Part shown: positions 48,407 to 64,000 of the stretch, piece by piece
Layout: each line of letters starts with the position of its first letter
Position numbering within the stretch: the stretch's first letter is position 1
Origin: the human T2T-CHM13v2.0 reference genome, Homo sapiens
DNA length: 64,000 nt
Direction: 5' to 3' (one strand)
NCBI RefSeq assembly: GCF_009914755.1
Contig: NC_060937.1
Made by a program: the position numbers and the translations under genes
The notes under the pieces: generated by a model
The model's input: only the letters and a program-made list of their open reading frames with translations
Told to the model about the DNA's origin: nothing
The model's database searches: none

Positions 48407-48928
48407 GGCTGGTTGCAGTGGCTCACGCCTGTAATCCCAACACTTTGGGAGGCTGAGAAGGGTGGATCACGTGAGGCCAGGAGTTTGAGAGCAGCCTGTA
48501 CAACGTGGTGAAACCCTGTCTCTACTAAAAATAAAAAAATTGGCCAGGTGTGGTAACACACACCTGTAATCCCAGCTACCTGGGGGCTGAGGCATGGGAA
48601 TTGCTTGAACCTGGGAGGCAGAGGGTGCAGTGAGCCGAGATTGTGCCACTGCACTCCAGCCTGGGTGACAGGGAGGCTGAGGTGGGAGGATCACGAGGTC
48701 AGGAGATCGAGACCATCCTGGCTAACGTGGTGAAACCCTGTCTCTATTAAAATAGAAAAAATTAGCTGGGCGTGGTGGCAGACACCTGTAGTCCCAGCTA
48801 CTCAGGAGGCTGAGGCAGGAGAATGGCATGAACCCGGGAGGCGGATCTTGTAGTGATCTGAGATCATCACGCCACTGCACTCCAGCCTGGGCAACAGAGC
48901 AAGACTCTGTCTCAAAAAAAAAAAAAAA
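48407..48928 (+). mobile_element. Compound Alu (tail-less AluS fused to 5'-truncated AluY-like copy)
   Basis: Junction near 48670 without a poly-A tract. Confidence 0.85.
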
Positions 48929-49009
48929 TCCTGTTATAAAACTACTTAAAAATCTCTGAGTAGCTGAGATTTGGCTAATCATGACTTAGTATTTGAAAAG
49001 TTGTGACTA

Positions 49010-49740
<731 letters not shown>

Positions 49741-50684
49741 CATTTTTTTTGTCTAAGAAGATACTGGGCCAGATCATTGTTTCTCAAATTGCAGATTATG
49801 ACCTGTTCATAGTTGTGAAACTTATTTTGTGAGTCGTATATGCTCTTTTTAAATGAAATGAAAATTCTGAGTACATCACATGTAGTTAGGGTTTAGAAAA
49901 TAAAAAATACAATATATCTAGTTAAATTTGGACTTCAGGTAAACAGCGAATAATTTTGAGATATACTTAACACTAAAAAATTATTCATTGTTTATCTGAA
50001 ATTCAAATTTAATGAGGTGTCCTGTATTTTATCCAGAAGTCCTACACACAGTAAAGTTTGTTTTGTAAAACTTTTTTACTTAACCTTTGTGTGCCCATGT
50101 GTGTGTGCAGTCATAAAGTGTGTGTGTGTGTGTGTATTTAAAAAACTAGGTTGTACTCAAAGCCTGAGCTTAATTTATTCCCAAACCAGTATTACATTTT
50201 GTTTATTCTAGCAAAATAGCATTCTGTTTTGATTCCTCTTTAGCTGGGAGTAAGTTAACCCTATTCTGTTGCTTAGATGAAATAATATGGATAAAATCAT
50301 TTTGAAAATATGTATTTAATATATAGTATGCCTTTAGGCTGTAGTGTTGTCTAAATGAATGCTAAAGTCTCCAAGCTTTAGCTTTTAAGTCATAACCTCA
50401 CAGCATCATCTGACTTTCCAACTCATTGTGGACAGTATTACCATAAAGTAATGATCACCAAGCCATATCTTACCACCTTGTGAGTAGTACTAAGGAAGTA
50501 AGTATAGTTTATTCACTGTGTTGATTGACCTTTCTAATTACTATACTTAAGTACTTGAATCAATTCATTTTGTTTCAAATGTGTCATGTAATCAAATAGT
50601 AGATGTGCTTTTTGATGTCTGACAAAAAATAAGTTTTTGCATTCTAGTGATAATATACAATACACATAAATTTTTATCTTACAG

Positions 50685-50734
50685 TCAGAAATGAAGAAGC
50701 ATCTGAAACTGTATTTCCTCATGATACTACTGCT
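50685..50734 (+). CDS. BRCA2: BRCA2 exon 8
   Basis: ttacag|TCAGA...CTGCT|gtaagt; 50 nt. Confidence 0.96.
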
Positions 50735-50941
50735 GTAAGTAAATATGACATTGATTAGACTGTTGAAATTGCTAACAATTTTGGAATGCCTTGTTAAATT
50801 ATTTATCTTACATTTTTAATTTCCTAATCTGTAATTTATCTAAGCCTTTGAGAAAGTCTCTAAACCTGGTCCTATATGTGATTTTAACTTCCTGTGAAAC
50901 TCTGCTGTCTCTCTGTTAAAGTTGCATATATACAATATATA

Positions 50942-52105
50942 CCGTAGTCCCCTATTCATGGGGTATACATTCCAATATCCCCCAGTGAATGCTTGAAACC
51001 TTAGATAGTACCGAACCCTATATATATATATTAAAAATGTGTAGTATTTATATATATATACCTATAATCTTTTTTTCTATAAGCACATACCCTGTGATAA
51101 AGTTTAATTCATAAATTAGGCACAGTAAGAGATTAACAAGAACTAATAATAAAATAGGACAATTATAACAAAATACCGTAATAAAAGTTATGTGAATGTT
51201 GTCTCTCTGTCTCAAAATATCTTATTGTTCTGTACTCATGTGGCAGCAGCTTCATCAGCAGATGTGGCCTCTCCAGTAATTTTTATATTTTTCAGTCCAA
51301 ACCTATTCTTGAATCTGTGTAACCAACCATCCCTTACTTGCAGTAAATGGCTTGGTGTCATTCATTTCAGGGGATCCCTTACTGAAGTTTTCGTTTAGGC
51401 TCTATGCTTTCTGGCGTAATATGTAGCTGTCAATCAAAACAACCTGTTCATGTTTTCTACCCACAAATGTAATACCTTTTCTACTTCTATGGTGCACTGT
51501 GTGGCCACAACATTTGCAGTTTGAGGTGTGACAGCAAAACCAGCTCATATGTCTTTCTCCTTCACAATCTCACAGATAGATTTGTTCTTACCATAGATGT
51601 CGCAGTACAATTTTTTTCCTTTCCTTAAGTCGAGAACTTTCACTGTTTCAATTAAAGGAAGCACTTTATGGCTTCTTTTTGGCATATTTGAATTGCCAGC
51701 ATCATTATACTTGTGCTTTGGGGCCATTGTTAAGTAAAATAAGGGTGACTTGAACACAAGCACTGTGGTACCACAATAGCCGATCTGATAACCAAGACAA
51801 CTACTAAGTGACTAATAGGTGGGTACCATATACAGCCTGGATACGCTGGACAAAGGGATGATTCATGTCCCAAGTGGGATGGAGCAAGATGGTGCAAGTT
51901 TTTTTTTCTCCATTTCCATTTTCCTTTCCTAAGATTTCCACATCCTAGTGGTGCAAGATTTCATCACACTACTCAGGATGACACACAATTTAAAACTTAC
52001 TAATTGCTTACTTCTGGAATTTTCCATTAAAAATTTTTGGACCTAGGTTGATTGCAGATAACTGAAATCACCAAAAGTGAAACCATGGATAAGGGGGGAC
52101 TACTA
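50942..52105 (-). mobile_element. MER44/Tigger7-type DNA transposon with both TIRs
   Basis: Ends ccgtagtcccctattcatgg ... ccatggataaggggggactact; ORF remnant MAPKHK...KVLPLIETVKVLDL resembles Tigger transposase N-terminus. Confidence 0.8.
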
Positions 52106-52151
52106 CTATATGTGCATTGAGAGTTTTTATACTAGTGATTTTAAACTATAA

Positions 52152-52286
<135 letters not shown>

Positions 52287-52302
52287 TAGTTGAACTACAG
52301 GT

Positions 52303-52815
52303 TTTTTTGTTGTTGTTGTTTTGATTTTTTTTTTTTGAGGTGGAGTCTTGCTCTGTCACCCGTGATCTCAGTTTACCGCAACCTCTGCCTCCCGTGCTCA
52401 AGCGATCCTGCCTCAGCTTGCCAAGTAGCTGAGATTACAAGCATGCACCACCATGCCCAACTATTGTATTTTTAGTAGAGATGGCATTTCACCATGTTGG
52501 CCAGGCTGGTCTCAAATGGTCGTGAGCCACCATGCCCAGCCTGAACTACTCTTTTTAATTGGCACCATTGAAGGATTGCTCCTCTTTTCTTAAAGAGAAA
52601 ATATATTACCTTTCCTTTCTTGACTACTGAAGTAGTATTTTATCTCAAAGTATTGAGAGTAGAAACTAACTTGGTGTGCCTGTGATCCCAGCTACTCAGG
52701 AGGCTGAGGTGGGAGGATCGCTTAAGCCCAGGCGGTCAAGGTTGCAGTGAGCTGTGTGTGTGCCACTGCACTCCCACCTGGGCAACAGAGTGAGACCGTG
52801 TCTCAATGGAAAAAA
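52303..52815. mobile_element. Internally deleted Alu (-, ~52303-52540) and Alu right-arm monomer (+, ~52672-52815)
   Basis: Partial Alu motifs. Confidence 0.75.
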
Positions 52816-53479
52816 AGAGAAACTAATTTGATTTCGATGACAGTATTTAAATACTGTGTAAGACAGTACTATTTAATATGTGGTTGTGACACAAAAACAA
52901 AGCCTATTGAAAATTTTCAGAGACAATAAGATATATAATTAACAAAATCTGAGCTTTTTTTTTTTCTAATTAGAAAGTAAATGTGGTTTAGATATACCAT
53001 AGTTTACCTAATCAGGTCATGGAATATTGCATTTTTCTTAGTATGTGTGTATGTCTGTATAACTGTGTAGGATTTGATATCTGTTTTTGTCTGTGTGGTA
53101 TCATGTACGTATGTATATGCATATGTAAAATCAGATTTACCCTTGTTATAGGGCCACAGAATTGATTTGGAACATCTGTTTTGATAGGTCTTAGAATATT
53201 TAATTGTATATATAGTAAGATTAGGTGAGTTTTAATTGTGTAGAACTGCTAAAGAAAGGTTTTTAGGGATTGTTGTATGAATAAAAGGCTTTAGGTTCAT
53301 TGGAATCAGGGGAATCAGGCTTTACTAGAAGAACAGGAGAAGGGGTGACTGACCGAAAAATAAAATGCCAAGTACTCAGAATAACCCTTTAAATACTGAT
53401 ATGTAATATTTAGCACATTCTACATAAACTGTTTCTATGAGAAAGGTTGTGAGAATAATATAAATTATATGGCTTATAA

Positions 53480-54652
<1,173 letters not shown>

Positions 54653-54860
54653 TAAATAGTACATATAGTTTTATAGATGACGATTCCTTCTGTGTTTTTT
54701 TCTGCTTTTTAAAATCTTCATATCTTATATTTAATCTTAGGCATCATCTGTATACATGATTGTTTAGGTCTTTAATTACCAGTGTTTAGAATCAGGTCAC
54801 TCAAACATGGTAGATAAGTTTGCATAGTTTGTGTATATCCATCACTCTTGAGACAGTTTT

Positions 54861-55482
54861 ATTTTAAGTTCCGGGGTACATGTGCAGGATGTGCAGGTTT
54901 GTTACATAAGTAAACGTATGCCATGTTGGTTTGCTGCACCTGTCAACCCTTCACCTGAGTATTAAGCCCAGCATGCATTAGCTATTTTTCCTGGTGCTCT
55001 CCTTCCCCCCACACACCCCCACCTCCTGACAGACCCTAGTGTGTGTTGTTCCCCTCCCTGTGTCCGTGTGTTCTCATTGTTCAGCTCCCACTTATGAGTG
55101 AGAACATGTGATGTTTAGTTTTCTGTTCCTGCATTAGTTTGCTTAGGATAATGGCTTCCAGCTCCATCTGTGTCCCTGCAAAGGACGTGATCTTGTTCCT
55201 TTTTATGGCTGCATGGTATTCCATGGTGTATAGTTCCACATTTTATTTATCCAGTCTATCATTGATGGGCATTTGGGTTGATTCCATGTCTGTGCTATTG
55301 TGAATAGTGCTGCAGTGAATGTACAGGTGGATGTATCTTTATAATACAATGATTTATCTTCCTTTGGGTATATACCCCGTAATGGGATTGCTGAGTCAGA
55401 TGGTATTTTTGGTTCTAGGTCTTTGAGGAATTGCCACACTGTCTTCCACAACGGTTGAACTAATTTACATTCCAGCCAACAA
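54861..55482 (-). mobile_element. 5'-truncated L1PA 3' end
   Basis: cagctcccacttatgagtgagaacatg; 14-bp TSD cttgagacagtttt. Confidence 0.9.
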
Positions 55483-55635
55483 CTTGAGACAGTTTTTGAC
55501 TCATAAACATTCAGAGCTTGGCTAGCTAATTCCTGCTTTAATTTAAAAAGTGTTTATTATATGCAAATTGGACAACTCATATAAATATGTGGTGCTACTT
55601 ACTATGTATTTTCTCTAAAGCATGTTAAAAAAATA

Positions 55636-55940
55636 GGCTAGATATAGTGGCTCATGCCTGTAATCTTAGCACTTTGGGAGGCTAAGGCAGGAGGATCACT
55701 TATGGTCAGGAGTTTAAGAACACCCTGGGCAACATAGCGAGACCCCATCTCTACAAAAAATTTAAAATACCCAGGCATGGTGGCATGCTTCTGATGTTGT
55801 AGCTACTCAGGATGCTCAGACAGGAGGATCACTTGAGCCCAAGTGACTGAGGCTGCAGTGAACCAAAATTGTACCAGTGCACTCCAGCCTGGGCCACAAA
55901 ATGAGACCTTGTCCCTGAAAAAAAAAAAAGAAAAAAAAAA
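55636..55940 (+). mobile_element. AluJ
   Basis: Diverged Alu dimer. Confidence 0.88.
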
Positions 55941-56303
55941 TTTAAATAGAGGAAATACTAGCTAAGTTTAATGTAGGCCAGTTCTAAAATAATGATTTAT
56001 TGCTGCTGTTGTTACATAATTTTCTTAAATATTTTAAAGATTGCATACTGTTACTGCTCTATTTCTGCATCTCCGTGGTGTAACTCTGTCCTCTTTGTTG
56101 TTGCAACAGTTCACTTAGCAACTAAACTGTATGTTTACAAAGTGATTTTATCTCCCTATGAGAAGACTTTAGTGAATAGCTCAGTGAATAGTAGAGTTGG
56201 TGAGACCACAGTACAGAACTGTTTGAAGTTTGGGTTAAATTTTTAGAGGAAAATGTTTGATACTATGCATATCATAGTTAAAGCCAATGAAAAAGCTAAT
56301 ATA

Positions 56304-56606
<303 letters not shown>

Positions 56607-57119
56607 CTAATACATGTGATCACTGATGAAATGCAATTAAGAACTGGTTAGTAGAAAATTCAGAGGGTCAAGAAATTTAACAGAGCAGTTGAACTCATTT
56701 GCCTTTATCGTTGAGATTAGATCATCTTTCAGGCTGTTAGTATATGGACCCTGTTTTTAAAAATTGTGGTTTTGTTTTTTTCAATGTGAAAGAATTAAGA
56801 AAATTGTTACTTTTCTAATTCCTTTTCTGTGCCTTGCTTTTCTGTTCACACCAGTATTAACAGCAATGAAATTTTTTCAATTTTATTTTCCAATAAAAAT
56901 TACTTTGAGTTTTTTTTATGGTAGCTAGCTACTTCCTTGACCTAGATACTAATTTTGATTGAGTTGGTAACTATTATTAAAAAAACAACTTAGGTCTAAT
57001 TTATCTTGAGCTAAAAAATGTAATAACTGAAAAATAGAGCATATTTAGGATTCTTTCTGCTTTAAATTTGACATTCAGTTATTTTCATGTAATTTGTGTT
57101 TTGAGCACTACCTTTTAAT

Positions 57120-57418
57120 TAATTTATTTATTTTTATTTTTTAGAGACTGTCTCATTCTGTTACCTAGTCTGGAGTGCACTAGTGTGATCTCAGCTCACC
57201 GTAGCCTCACCCTCCTGGGCTCAAGCAGTCCTTGCACCTCACCCTCCTGAGTAACTGGCACCACAGGCATACACCACCACACCCAGCTAATTTTTATTTT
57301 TCATAGAGTCATGGTCTCACTATGTTGCCCAGGCTAGTCTCGAACTCCTGGGCTCAAGCAGTCTTCCTGCCTCAGCCTCCCAAAAGTGCTGAGATTACAG
57401 GCATGAGCCACTGTGCCC
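57120..57418 (-). mobile_element. AluJ ending ~90 nt before BRCA2 exon 11
   Basis: TSD cactacctttt. Confidence 0.88.
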
Positions 57419-57478
57419 AAACACTACCTTTTTAACTTAGTGAAAAATATTTAGTGAATGTGATTGATGGTACTTTAA

Positions 57479-62497
<5,019 letters not shown>

Positions 62498-62867
62498 TAG
62501 ACTTGGTATGCTAACAATTAAGAGTGTTATAAACTATGTCTTTTCAGCCATTTTTGTGTAGTCAGTTTGGGGGAGTATGGTTTGATATACAGATACACAG
62601 ATTCAGTATTCGTATACAGATTTGATATCTTGGTATACAGATTCGATATCTCTGAATCTGTATACCAAGAAATCATGTTTTAAGGGTCTCAATATATTTT
62701 CAAAAAGATTATTAGTATAATAATTGAGAAATTACTGTTAAAAAGTTTTGAGTTTCTCTAGAAAATTTGAAACTCTTAACAAAACCTGCATAATACTAAC
62801 TTAACTGTTTTCATATACATAGCAAGTTCAGACTCTGACTTATATGAACTTTAAAAGTTGGTTTCCG

Positions 62868-63162
<295 letters not shown>

Positions 63163-63231
63163 CTACTTAGTTACACTACTTACATAGCTTCAGTTTCCTT
63201 ATCTATAAAATGCAAATAACACCTCCCATGA

Positions 63232-63529
<298 letters not shown>

Positions 63530-63730
63530 GTGTATTTAAAGCACTTAGCAGTGAACTTGACATATAGTAGGCAGAGAGCATTCAGTAAGTGTTGGCTTGC
63601 TCCCTTTTTTTCATTTAGGAAGTGATCTAAAAACAGTATTGTTAGTAAATGGTATCTTGATCTTAATGTTATGTGGACTATTTTAACTTCCCTTTTAAAT
63701 GTATATATATCTAACAACTTAGTTCAACTA

Positions 63731-64000
63731 CAGTCATGTGTCATTTGACAGGGATATATGTTCTGAGAAATAGATTGTTAGATTTCATCATTGTGGGAAC
63801 ATCATAGAGTATACTTACACAAACCTAGGTGGTATAGCCTACTATATACCTAGGCTGTATGGTATAGCTTATTGCTCCTAGGCTGCAAACCTATACAGCA
63901 TGTTACTGTCCTGAATACTCTAGGCAGTTTTAACACAGTGGCAAGCATTTGTGTATGTGAACATAGAAAAGGTACAGTAAAAATACGGTATTAAAATCTT
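63731..64000 (+). mobile_element. Tigger3/Golem-type DNA transposon, runs off window
   Basis: ta|cagtcatgtgtc start; tacttacacaaacctag..ggtatagcctac. Confidence 0.7.

Overview
Human (primate) genomic DNA, recognisable as the 13q13 FRY - ZAR1L - BRCA2 locus, not a microbial window. It holds the last three coding exons and 3'UTR of FRY (+), all four coding exons of ZAR1L (-; they splice to 321 aa), the shared CpG-rich ZAR1L/BRCA2 promoter region, and BRCA2 exons 1-11 (+) with all eight BRC repeats. Every exon called has AG/GT boundaries and a continuous frame. The rest is intronic or intergenic DNA rich in Alu, L1, L2, MER9 LTR and Tigger/MER elements; repeat family names are from recall of consensus sequences. 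I found no convincing wholly new biological system. The best second-look items are an 18-nt in-frame FRY microexon missed by the ORF track, an oocyte-type motif cluster upstream of the ZAR1L ATG, a young AluYa5 and a perfect 17-bp hairpin after BRCA2 exon 11, an old ~170-bp duplication in a FRY intron, a template-switch-like repeat cluster, and a BRCA2 His372 haplotype.
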